A stretch of 64,000 bases of DNA, taken from contig OY970174.1 of the NCBI GenBank assembly GCA_963707795.1, positions 1,874,648 to 1,938,647 of the forward strand, read 5' to 3'. This document shows, piece by piece, positions 19,135 through 27,710 of this stretch. Each line of letters starts with the position of its first letter. Within the stretch, counting starts at the first letter, position 1. The position numbers and the translations under genes are program-made. The notes under the pieces were generated by a model. The model was not told where the DNA came from. It searched no databases and saw only the letters and a list, made by a program, of their open reading frames with translations. The DNA is from an uncultured Acidobacteriota bacterium. Its GTDB lineage: Bacteria > Acidobacteriota > Vicinamibacteria > Vicinamibacterales > UBA2999.

Positions 19135-20823
19135 CTACTGCGCGGCGAGCTCCACCTTGACGTCCTTCATGCCGTCGAGCACCTGCGGTGCGTTCGCCCG
19201 ATAGTTCGGGATCGAGCCGGTGACCGCGCCCCAGGCCTTGCCGTCGAGCGTGTCGCCGTTGCTGCCCAACTTCTGCAGCCGCGCCTGGTCCTCGGCGGTG
19301 AGCACCTGCCCGGCGAGCGGCGCCAGGCCCTTGACCTGCTTGACCCCCACGCCGATGCCCTCGCCGACGCGCGTGCCGTAATCGTCGTGGACGAGGAAGA
19401 AGTGCCACAGCATGCGCTCCTGCACGTCGCGCTCGCACTGCCCGAGCAGGTCGACCATCGTCGCGACCAGGTCGTCGCGCTCCCACGGTTCCATGGTGAC
19501 GTAGCGCGCCCGCGCCTGGACGTAGTCGTTGCGCCGCTCGATCACGGCCTGCGTCAGCTGGCCGCGGACCTCGGGCGGATTGTTCGGGCGGGGACGGTCC
19601 GACTCGTGCAGCCCGTTGTGGATGCTCGGCTCGAAGTTGATGTGCGGGTTCTGGCCCGGCGCCAGATCGACGCCGTGCGACAGCGTGCCGCCGCGCTGGT
19701 TGGTCGCGACACGGGCATGCTTCGGCGCGTTCACCGGCAGCTGCAGGTAGTTGGTCCCCACCCGGTAGCGCTGCGTGTCCGAGTAGGAGAACGTCCGGCC
19801 GACCAGCATCTTGTCGTCGGAGAAGTCGAGTCCGTCCACCAGCACGCCGGTGCCCATGGCGATCTGCTCGTTCTCGTTGTGGTGATCCTCGACGTTGCGA
19901 TTGAGCGTCATCACGCCGAGATGGCGCAGCGGAAACGTGTCCTCCGGCCAGACCTTGGTGTCGTCGAGCGGGTCCCAATCGAGCTCGGGATGGTCGTGGT
20001 CGTCCATCACTTGCACGTAGAAATCCCATTGCGGGTGGTCGCCGCGCTCGATCGCCTCGAACAGGTCCTTCGAGGCCGATCCGAGATCCTTGCCCTGCAC
20101 CACGGCCGCCTCGCCGGCGGTGAGGCTGGCGACCCCGCAGCGCGGATGCCAGTGATACTTCACCAGGACCGTCGCGCCCTCGGCGTTGACCATCTTGTAG
20201 GTATTGACGCCGAAGCCCTGCTGGTGCCGGTAGCTCGCGGGAATGCCGCGCGGGCTGAACAGGAACGTCAGCATGTGCATCGATTCCGGCGTCTGGCTCA
20301 TGAAATCGAAGATGCGGTTCGGCTCCTGGCGGAAGCTCACCGGATCCGGCTTGAGTGAGTGAATCACGTCGGGGAACTTGATCGCGTCGCGGATGAAGAA
20401 CACCGGCAGATTGTTGCCGACCAGGTCCCAGTTGCCGTCCTCGGTGTAGAACTTCACCGCGAAGCCGCGCGGATCGCGGGCGACCTCGGAAGAATCGCGG
20501 CCGCCGATGACCGTGGAGAAGCGGATGGCGAGCGGGGTCTTCGTCCCCTTGCTCTGGAACAGGCGCGCGCGCGTGTACTTCGACGCGGGCTCGTCGCCGA
20601 CCATGCCGGTGGCTTCGAACTCGCCGTAGCACACGAACCCGCGGGCGTGCACCACACGCTCGGGGATCCGCTCGCGATCGAAGTGGCTGATCTTCTCGAG
20701 GAAGTGATAGTTCTCCAGCGTCGCCGGGCCGCGGGCCCCGACCGTGCGCTGCGATTGATTGTTGGTGACGGGATGTCCCTGCCGCGTGGTCAGCGACCGG
20801 TCCTTGTCGTCTTTCTTAGCCAT
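19135..20823 (-). CDS. Monofunctional heme catalase
   Basis: 562-aa intact ORF with [31 protein letters not shown] and the proximal-Tyr region [14 protein letters not shown]. Confidence 0.93.
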   Translation of the reverse strand: MAKKDDKDRSLTTRQGHPVTNNQSQRTVGARGPATLENYHFLEKISHFDRERIPERVVHARGFVCYGEFEATGMVGDEPASKYTRARLFQSKGTKTPLAIRFSTVIGGRDSSEVARDPRGFAVKFYTEDGNWDLVGNNLPVFFIRDAIKFPDVIHSLKPDPVSFRQEPNRIFDFMSQTPESMHMLTFLFSPRGIPASYRHQQGFGVNTYKMVNAEGATVLVKYHWHPRCGVASLTAGEAAVVQGKDLGSASKDLFEAIERGDHPQWDFYVQVMDDHDHPELDWDPLDDTKVWPEDTFPLRHLGVMTLNRNVEDHHNENEQIAMGTGVLVDGLDFSDDKMLVGRTFSYSDTQRYRVGTNYLQLPVNAPKHARVATNQRGGTLSHGVDLAPGQNPHINFEPSIHNGLHESDRPRPNNPPEVRGQLTQAVIERRNDYVQARARYVTMEPWERDDLVATMVDLLGQCERDVQERMLWHFFLVHDDYGTRVGEGIGVGVKQVKGLAPLAGQVLTAEDQARLQKLGSNGDTLDGKAWGAVTGSIPNYRANAPQVLDGMKDVKVELAAQ

Positions 20824-20900
20824 CGCCGATGCTCCCTCAAATGGATGGGGTTCGATTTATTGGAGTGGAAGGGTCGAATATAGCGCGGATCGCGTCGCCG

Positions 20901-21395
20901 TTACGCGCCGGGCCGGTGGCGCCGCCGCAGCCACCACGCCGCACCTGCCAGCGGGAGCAGGATGGCCACCTCGCGAACGACCGCGAGCAGGTTGTGGCGG
21001 ACGAACCCGGGCAGCCAGTAGCGCCGCGAAATGGCCTCGAAAACGAAGGCGTCGGCGAAGTAAAAGGCGCTCGACAGCGGCCACAGCGCCATCACGCCGA
21101 GCGGCGGTGAATCGTCCGATCCCAGCCAGTCGAACAACACGTGGGAGGCCACCGCCGCGGCGCTGGCCAGCGCCAGCCGCCACGATCGGCGCCAGGCGAA
21201 GACCGCCAGGCCGACCATCAGGGCAAAGCCGGCGCTGTGGGTTTCCATGTTGTGCCGCCCCCAGAGGAAATCCAGGTCCGGCAGGCAGGCGGCGACGAGG
21301 CAGACCGTCACGAACCGGCGGCTGGCGCCTCGATCGGGTGCCCCCGCCAGGCCGACAATCAAGCCCCCCAGCGCGTGTCCGATCGGCGAAGGCAT
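20901..21395 (-). CDS. Membrane-bound metal-dependent hydrolase (YdjM/DUF457-like)
   Basis: Polytopic protein with PIGHALGG, LPDLDFLWGRH and SHVLFDWLG motifs. The alternative start at 21431 cannot be excluded. Confidence 0.6.
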   Translation of the reverse strand: MPSPIGHALGGLIVGLAGAPDRGASRRFVTVCLVAACLPDLDFLWGRHNMETHSAGFALMVGLAVFAWRRSWRLALASAAAVASHVLFDWLGSDDSPPLGVMALWPLSSAFYFADAFVFEAISRRYWLPGFVRHNLLAVVREVAILLPLAGAAWWLRRRHRPGA

Positions 21396-21543
21396 CGGGC
21401 TACCGTACGGAAGATTTGCCCGGATGGTCAAACCAGGCGCCGGCTGTTTCTGCGATCTGCCCTAAGCCGAGGCGAAAGTGTAAGATCTCCGCAAGTGCTT
21501 GGAAAGACTGGCGTGTGGGCCGAACCTGTGCCCGCAATTACGC

Positions 21544-21572
21544 TTGACTTTCGCCTGGACCGTTTCTAGTAT
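21544..21572 (+). promoter_or_regulatory. Sigma70-type promoter candidate for recA (TTGACT-N17-TAGTAT)
   Basis: TTGACT at 21544-21549, an exact 17-nt spacer, TAGTAT at 21567-21572. AAGGA lies 8 nt before ATG 21625. Confidence 0.5.
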
Positions 21573-21624
21573 TGGAAGCCGGCCAGGGGCATTTTGCCCA
21601 TCCAGTTCGAAAAGGACCCAGCAC

Positions 21625-22659
21625 ATGCCAGCGGACGAACGCCAGGAACGCATCAAGGCCCTCGAGGTCGCGGTCGGTCAAATCGAGAAGCAGTTCGGCA
21701 AGGGCTCGATCATGCGGCTCGGGCAGCGCAATGCGATCTCGCCAACCGAAGCGATCTCGACCGGGTCGATCAGCATCGACTTCGCGCTCGGCATCGGCGG
21801 GCTGCCGCGCGGCCGGGTCACCGAGATCTACGGTCCCGAGTCGTCGGGCAAGACGACGCTGGCGTTGCAGGTGATTGCCGAGGCGCAGCGCCTGGGCGGG
21901 ATGGCGGCGTTCGTCGATGCGGAACACGCCCTCGACGCCGAGTACGCCAAGAAGCTCGGGGTCGAGATCGACAACCTCCTCGTGTCGCAGCCCGACAACG
22001 GCGAGCAGGCGCTCGAAATCGTGGAGGTGCTCATTCGCTCGGGCAGCGTGGACGTCGTCGTCGTGGACTCGGTCGCGGCGCTGGTGCCCCGCGCCGAGAT
22101 CGAGGGCGAAATGGGCGAGGCGCAGATGGGCCTGCAGGCGCGGCTCATGTCGCAGGCGCTGCGCAAGCTGACCGGCAGCATCTCGAAGTCGAAGACGGTC
22201 CTCATCTTCATCAACCAGCTGCGCGAGAAGATCGGGGTGATGTTCGGCAACCCCGAGACGACGACCGGCGGCCGCGCGCTGAAGTTCTACTCGTCCATCC
22301 GGATCGACATCCGGCGCATCGCCGCCATCAAGGACGGCGACGTCGCCGTCGGCGGGCGCACGCGCGTGAAGGTGGTCAAGAACAAGATGGCGCCCCCCTT
22401 CCGCGAGGCGGAATTCGACATCATGTACGGCGAGGGCATCTCGCGCGAGGGCGACCTGCTCGACCTGGCGGTCGAGCGGAAAATCGTCGAAAAGAGCGGC
22501 GCCTGGTTCGCGTACGGCGGCGAGCGTCTCGGACAGGGCCGCGAGAACGTCAAGAGCTTCCTCAAGGAACACCCGGACATGCGGGCGAACATCGAAGATC
22601 GCCTGCGGCGGGAGTTGGGCCTCATCCGGGAACAGGAGGTCGTGGGCGCTGGCGCGTAG
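21625..22659 (+). CDS. recA: Recombinase RecA
   Basis: 344 aa: [22 protein letters not shown], Walker [13 protein letters not shown], and [21 protein letters not shown]. Confidence 0.97.
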   Translation: MPADERQERIKALEVAVGQIEKQFGKGSIMRLGQRNAISPTEAISTGSISIDFALGIGGLPRGRVTEIYGPESSGKTTLALQVIAEAQRLGGMAAFVDAEHALDAEYAKKLGVEIDNLLVSQPDNGEQALEIVEVLIRSGSVDVVVVDSVAALVPRAEIEGEMGEAQMGLQARLMSQALRKLTGSISKSKTVLIFINQLREKIGVMFGNPETTTGGRALKFYSSIRIDIRRIAAIKDGDVAVGGRTRVKVVKNKMAPPFREAEFDIMYGEGISREGDLLDLAVERKIVEKSGAWFAYGGERLGQGRENVKSFLKEHPDMRANIEDRLRRELGLIREQEVVGAGA

Positions 22660-22764
22660 GCGGACGGCCACTCACCTGACGGAGTCACGGACGGACGGCA
22701 TGGCCGCGCGCACGGTCATGGCGCGCGAGTCCACCACTGCCTCACGGCAGTCCGGACCGGGCCG

Positions 22765-22944
22765 CTAGTCGTGCGACGGATCGCGCTGGCGCGTGCGCGT
22801 CACGCCCATTGCAATCCCCATCCCGAGCAGCACCAGGACCCCCACGGCAATCCACTGCGGTGACAGGCCGGCAAGGGAGGCGCCGTAGGCCAGCCCGGCC
22901 ACCAGGATCACGAAGCCGACGATGAATATGCTCAGTGACGACAC
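22765..22944 (-). CDS. Small (59 aa) two-TM membrane protein, hypothetical
   Basis: My own translation gives VSSLSIFIVGFVILVAGLAYGASLAGLSPQWIAVGVLVLLGMGIAMGVTRTRQRDPSHD*. GTG start, and no RBS is seen. Confidence 0.35.
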   Translation of the reverse strand: MSSLSIFIVGFVILVAGLAYGASLAGLSPQWIAVGVLVLLGMGIAMGVTRTRQRDPSHD

Positions 22945-23055
22945 GGGTGCAGGAATTGCAAACCGACGGCCAGCCGCACGGGTTCAGCTGGCACGGGCCC
23001 GAGCTCAGCCACGCAATCGAACTTGATATACTGAGGCGTTTCCTGCCTGACCCGC

Positions 23056-23131
23056 GGCCGGGTAGCTCAGTTGGTAGAGCATACGACTGAAAATCGTAGT
23101 GTCGACAGTTCGATTCTGTCCCCGGCCACCA
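23056..23131 (+). tRNA. tRNA-Phe (anticodon GAA)
   Basis: Acceptor stem GGCCGGG/CCCGGCC. D-arm TAGCTCAGTTGGTAGAGC. Anticodon arm TACGA-CTGAAAA-TCGTA. T-arm with GTTCGATTC. Discriminator A and an encoded CCA. Confidence 0.95.
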
Positions 23132-23391
23132 CTTAAATCCAATGACTACTCTTATGAGACTGGGCCACGCTGGCGTCGTGGCGAGCCTGGAGTTGTAGTC
23201 TCGCCCCTGGTCACAGCGCGACCCTAACTTCTTTTGGAGGAGACCGCTCGATCTCCTCGCGTCCATCCGCGATGGTGTGAGCGCCACACTCCAACTGCAT
23301 GTCTCAGTGCGCGCGGATTCGCATCGAACACCCGACAGCCGCGTGAACGCGTTTGGCCGCGACCGTCATATTGGACGCCACTGCCGCACTG

Positions 23392-25740
23392 TCATGTTTT
23401 AATCTGTCGGTCGATGCTGGCGAAGAGATCGGGCCGGCGTCCGCGAAGGTCTTCCGGACCGCGGGCCAACCAGTCAATCAGCTTCTCACGCGCTGCGCCG
23501 TAGCCGATGTCCGCGATCGCTGCTGCGGCGTGGAAGTCGTTGCGTTTGAACTTCAGCAGCTCGGGTGAGATGTAGACGTCGGCGACCTCCGCCTTCTGTT
23601 TTCTGTACGCAATGCCCCCGAACTCGATGGTCCGCATCAGCACGAGAAGAATGCTGGGACGATAGATGCGTCTCTCGCGAGCCGGGTTGAAGCGGTGCCA
23701 GATCGCGTGCCACCCGAAGAGCTCGTCGCCGTAGTCCGCGACGTGATTCAACTCATGCGGCGGCGACACGTCCACGCCGATCACCATCCCCCCGTTCGAA
23801 AACGTCTTCATCACGTCGACCGGGACGTTGTTGATCAAGCCGCCGTCCACGTGCAGCTCTCCATCCATGACGACCGGCGGAAAGACGCCAGGCGCCCGCG
23901 TACTTGCCAGGACGGCATTCGCCAGCGAGCCCGTCGTATGCACCTTCAACTCTGCGCGATTGAGGTTCGCCGAGACGCAGAAGAACGGGGTCCACATGTC
24001 TTCGATGCGGATGTCCCCAAAGAAGCGCCGGATCAACCGGCTATGCTTCCCCCCGCTCTTGAACGCCAGAAATGGGATCGTCATGTCGTCGAACGAATCG
24101 GCGAGCGCCGTACGGGTCTCATGCACGATCTTCGACGCGTCCCATCCGATCGTCCACTGCGCGCCGATCATCGCGCCCATGCTCGATCCACCGATCGCGT
24201 CGACGGGAATGTTGAGCTCCTGCAGCGCCCGGAGGACACCGAGATGCGCCAGGCCCCGCGCGAATCCGCCACCCAGGACGAGGCCCACGGCGTTGCCAGC
24301 CAGAAATCGTGCGAGGCGATCGAAGTCCTCGCTGTGGCCAAGGCGGACGTGCAGATGGCGCTCGACCGTGCGACCCGAGAGCCATCGGGTAGTGCCCGAG
24401 GGCGAGGTGCTGTCCGGTCGATGGAGCAGCACCAGCGTCGGGCGCATGCGGATCGCCCGGTTCCCCGACAGCAGCTCGGCTTCAATCTCGCCCGGTGTCG
24501 GATCGGCTGACGCATCCGCCACGACGACGACGCGGTCCGCCTGCCGAAGACACCGCTCGGTCCAGGGCGACAGAAGCGGATTGGACTGGTACACGAGGTA
24601 GCGGTGGTCCATCTCCCGCTGGGCCAACCACTCGACCAGGCCGGTGCTGCCGCCTTCGCGGTCGTGCGCCTGGGCGGCTCCCTCCCTTTCGAAACTTCGA
24701 TCGATCAGGTGGCTCGTCAAATGGAGCGTCCGCCCGAGGCGTGATAACGCGGTGGTCAACTGCTCGCTGAAATCGGTCAGCGCCACGCCGGTCGAGGCCG
24801 GCACGACTGCGATGGTGGCGATGGGGACAGTTCGCCGCTCGCCGCTGGACATCTTGCGAAGCCGTGAGACGATCCGGCTAGTCAAGACAAGCAGCATCGA
24901 TCGCGGGTGGTGCTGAAGCAGGCGCTCGGTACTGGCTTTGGAGAGCCTCGCCAGTTGCGTGTCGCGAATCGCGTACACCGTCGCCGATCGTGGTTCGCCC
25001 GTAATGATCGCCATTTCACCGACGGTCTCGCCCGAACCGAGCTCCGCGAGAAGGGTTTCCCCGCCATCGGTGTCGACCGTGACCACGCGCAAACGACCGC
25101 TGACAACAACGTACACGCTGTCGACTTGATCGCCCTGTCGGAACAGGACTTCGCCGCCGTAGAGCGACACCAGCTCGAGTTCCGATTCAAGCGCGGTGAG
25201 GACCGGGGAGTCCAGGTCCCGAAAGAGGTCGCTCACTTGAAGCGTGACCGACAGCCGGTGCTTGCGCAGACGTGGCCCCAGCCGATCGATGACCTCGATC
25301 GCTTCGGAGGGGCAGCGGGCGAGGAATCGATCGAACGCGCGGCGCGAGAGTTGAGCGAGAAGCGTGGGCCCACGGGCCTCGATCGTGGCCGGCGCCGCCG
25401 ACCGCGACAGCACGTGCATTTCCCCGCACAGGCCTCCGGCCTCCAGTTGGGGTCGCACCTGCGCGATGCCACGACCATCGACCGACGTGACGCGCAGCAC
25501 GCCGGAGGCGACCACGTACAGGTTCTCCACGATCTCGCCCTGACGGACCACGACGTCTCCGTCTGAGGCAGCCACATAGGTCATCTCGGCAGCCAGTTCG
25601 CGTAACGCGTCCTCATGGAGCGCGGCGAAGGGCCCGGCCGACCGGAGCACTGCGACCAGATCAAGCTGCTCGGAGGGTGAATCGGGAAGGTGCATGAAGC
25701 TACGCCGCCCGTCAGAAACTGAAGCGGAGAATCGGTTCAC
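23392..25740 (-). CDS. Patatin-like phospholipase with two N-terminal CAP-type cyclic-nucleotide-binding domains (NTE-like architecture)
   Basis: Two cNMP-binding modules (...VVRQGEIVENLYVVASGVLRV...GEMHVLSRSA and ...LFRQGDQVDSVYVVVSGRLRVV...GEMAIITGEPRSATV). Patatin motifs GGGFARG, GGSSMGA (GxSxG) and DGGLINNVP. The start is either 25740 (GTG) or 25695 (ATG). Confidence 0.88.
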   Translation of the reverse strand: MNRFSASVSDGRRSFMHLPDSPSEQLDLVAVLRSAGPFAALHEDALRELAAEMTYVAASDGDVVVRQGEIVENLYVVASGVLRVTSVDGRGIAQVRPQLEAGGLCGEMHVLSRSAAPATIEARGPTLLAQLSRRAFDRFLARCPSEAIEVIDRLGPRLRKHRLSVTLQVSDLFRDLDSPVLTALESELELVSLYGGEVLFRQGDQVDSVYVVVSGRLRVVTVDTDGGETLLAELGSGETVGEMAIITGEPRSATVYAIRDTQLARLSKASTERLLQHHPRSMLLVLTSRIVSRLRKMSSGERRTVPIATIAVVPASTGVALTDFSEQLTTALSRLGRTLHLTSHLIDRSFEREGAAQAHDREGGSTGLVEWLAQREMDHRYLVYQSNPLLSPWTERCLRQADRVVVVADASADPTPGEIEAELLSGNRAIRMRPTLVLLHRPDSTSPSGTTRWLSGRTVERHLHVRLGHSEDFDRLARFLAGNAVGLVLGGGFARGLAHLGVLRALQELNIPVDAIGGSSMGAMIGAQWTIGWDASKIVHETRTALADSFDDMTIPFLAFKSGGKHSRLIRRFFGDIRIEDMWTPFFCVSANLNRAELKVHTTGSLANAVLASTRAPGVFPPVVMDGELHVDGGLINNVPVDVMKTFSNGGMVIGVDVSPPHELNHVADYGDELFGWHAIWHRFNPARERRIYRPSILLVLMRTIEFGGIAYRKQKAEVADVYISPELLKFKRNDFHAAAAIADIGYGAAREKLIDWLARGPEDLRGRRPDLFASIDRQIKT

Positions 25741-26953
25741 CGAACGAATTCAGCCGGTACTGGCCGAGAAAGTCGCGCTCCGAGCCGCCAATCACGATGA
25801 ACCGCATGGCCACTCGCCAGTTCCGGCCGATGGCGCGTGAGTATTCAGCCTTGCCGAGGATCCCTTCGCCGTTGTGTCGAGCGATGGCTTCGACCACGAA
25901 GCTTCTGGTCGTGTCGGCGCTATACGACACGCGAGCCAGGATGGTGCCGGCTAGCCCTCGATCCGGCGCAAACGTGAAATCGAGCCGGTCGACGTTCACC
26001 CATTCCCCCGAGTAGCCGCCGATGAAGAGCCACTCGCGCCACTGCCGCTCGGCTTGAAACACGTAAAGGACGTAGTCGTCGGTGTCGTGGTCCAGCGACT
26101 CGAATCCCGCGGCCTCCGCCCGGATGGCAAACCACGGGAGGGGCACGAGCACATCCGTGCCGTAGGTCCGGATGGCCGGGTACCAGCGGCGGACATCGAC
26201 GGTCGCGGTCTGAGGGTTCGGGGCGGCGTCGAACAACGGCTGATGGTTGAAACCCTGAAAGAACGAGAATGAGTACTCGACGGTTCGTCCAGTATGGTTC
26301 CAGCGAATGCCGTACTGCGGCTTGTCTGGAAAGACCGCACCCGCATGCCTCAGTGGGAGCGGTGAAGTGGCGGCGGCGAAACCAGCCCACCGCTGCGTGA
26401 ACAGCGGCAGCCGACTGGGTGTCAGACGGGGGGCCACGACAAACTCGACGTTGTCGGATGGCCCCGCCACCGTCAGTCGCGCCGCGGTCACCGCCAGGAC
26501 CTCGTTGTCGACGACGATCAGGTAGTCGCGCGGCGTGAAGCGATCGGTGGGGTTCACCATGTCGGTCTTGCCCCAGCGGACGAACTGCTTTCCGATCTCG
26601 AGCGTCACGGGACCAGCCGAGAAGAGGGCACTCAGGCGGCGAACGGCCAGCGGCGGGCGCTGCAGTGTCCGGTCCGAGTAAATGCCGTCGACGCTTCGAG
26701 CCACCCGGTCGTGGGAATCGGCGCGCACGTCGAATGACGCCGCAAGCAGAAACAGCCGCGAGAACTCGACCGTCGGATCGAAGCGGACGAGCGCCTCGCC
26801 GACCACTGTCTTCGAATCGTTTGCCACCTTCTGCGGGTAGACTTCGAAAGACGCTTCCGCGGAGCCACGGTACTTGAGCGTCTGCGCCAGGGCGTCCTGA
26901 GAGACGACCACAGCCAACGCGGCGACGAATACGACGCTCCGCGCGGCGCGCAT
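25712..26953 (-). CDS. Outer-membrane beta-barrel protein (DUF1302-like)
   Basis: Signal peptide MRAARSVVFVAALAVVVSQDALAQ. It has a GKQFVRWGKTDMVNPTD motif, alternating beta pattern throughout, and ends ...ILRFSF*. Confidence 0.7.
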   Translation of the reverse strand: MRAARSVVFVAALAVVVSQDALAQTLKYRGSAEASFEVYPQKVANDSKTVVGEALVRFDPTVEFSRLFLLAASFDVRADSHDRVARSVDGIYSDRTLQRPPLAVRRLSALFSAGPVTLEIGKQFVRWGKTDMVNPTDRFTPRDYLIVVDNEVLAVTAARLTVAGPSDNVEFVVAPRLTPSRLPLFTQRWAGFAAATSPLPLRHAGAVFPDKPQYGIRWNHTGRTVEYSFSFFQGFNHQPLFDAAPNPQTATVDVRRWYPAIRTYGTDVLVPLPWFAIRAEAAGFESLDHDTDDYVLYVFQAERQWREWLFIGGYSGEWVNVDRLDFTFAPDRGLAGTILARVSYSADTTRSFVVEAIARHNGEGILGKAEYSRAIGRNWRVAMRFIVIGGSERDFLGQYRLNSFGEPILRFSF

Positions 26954-26954
26954 G

Positions 26955-27710
26955 TCAGCCCCGTCGCAAGGCAGGAATCGTGAATTGGTCGGGTGTGAGG
27001 GGCACGTTGTACTTCACCGAGTCCAACTTCAGGATCGTGCGACTCTTGCGCCCCACATCCTCGACTTCGAGGACCTGTGCGGTCCAGACACCTTGGATGT
27101 TTTTCATCTCCTGGTATTTCAGCCGCCGAATCAGCTGGCTCTGATCGAAGTTTTCGATCTGCGCATAGGTGTGGGTGCTCTTTCTGATCCAGTACGTGGA
27201 GTTGGTGTACTGAGACTTCTTGCCGGCCGTCGGCGTCGCCCCAATCTTCCAGCACGGCTCACCGTCCAATGTCTCCTCACCCAGCAGCGAATACTGGTAA
27301 TGATCGAGGTCGCGTTCCTCGAGGTCTTCAAAGCTGAAGTCGGTCCCAAAGAAGCGCGTCCGTCGGTCTTGTGAGGCGACGCGACGCTCGCGGTTGATCG
27401 CGGGCGTCCACATCCACTGATCGGACGATCGGTCCGGATAGTTGACGACGAGTACGGCGACGCCCTTGACCTCCGCAGGCGTCGTGAAGCGGATGACCAC
27501 CTTGCTCTCGCCGAACGACCCGATCCGCGTGTAGCTCCACCGCTTCTCGGACGTTCTGCCATTCGCGTCGATGACCTGCAGCACGCCCTCATACTGCTGC
27601 GAACTGACGCTTGCCCGTTTCTGCACTTCAGCCACGATCGCTCGCGGCTCCTGTGCGGAGAGCAAGACTCCTCCCGTCACCAGGAGGATGGGACACAGGA
27701 GGTTATTCAT
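26955..27710 (-). CDS. LolA-like outer-membrane lipoprotein-sorting protein
   Basis: A signal peptide, then the pattern typical of LolA_like proteins encoded next to FtsX permeases (RWSYTRIGSFGESKVVIRFTTPAEVKGVAVLV...FFGTDFSFEDL). It overlaps the permease stop by 8 nt. Confidence 0.7.
   Translation of the reverse strand: MNNLLCPILLVTGGVLLSAQEPRAIVAEVQKRASVSSQQYEGVLQVIDANGRTSEKRWSYTRIGSFGESKVVIRFTTPAEVKGVAVLVVNYPDRSSDQWMWTPAINRERRVASQDRRTRFFGTDFSFEDLEERDLDHYQYSLLGEETLDGEPCWKIGATPTAGKKSQYTNSTYWIRKSTHTYAQIENFDQSQLIRRLKYQEMKNIQGVWTAQVLEVEDVGRKSRTILKLDSVKYNVPLTPDQFTIPALRRG

Noticed and set aside
17813-20632. A 939-aa ORF suggesting a single huge protein spanning sorA and most of the catalase locus
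   Set aside because: Only the last 413 aa (from MPDSHKLSRRTLIAG, start 19054) are SorA-like. The upstream part is an out-of-frame shadow of the catalase gene.
21600-21620. GTTCGAAAAGGACCC upstream of recA as an Alphaproteobacteria/Acidobacteria-type LexA box (GTTC-N7-GTTC)
   Set aside because: The second half-site is ACCC rather than GTTC, so it is not a match. It also overlaps the probable ribosome-binding site.
22742-23287. A 181-aa minus-strand ORF covering the tRNA-Phe locus
   Set aside because: It runs antisense through a canonical tRNA and has no protein-like features. Only the short 22765-22944 membrane ORF in this area is retained, at low confidence.
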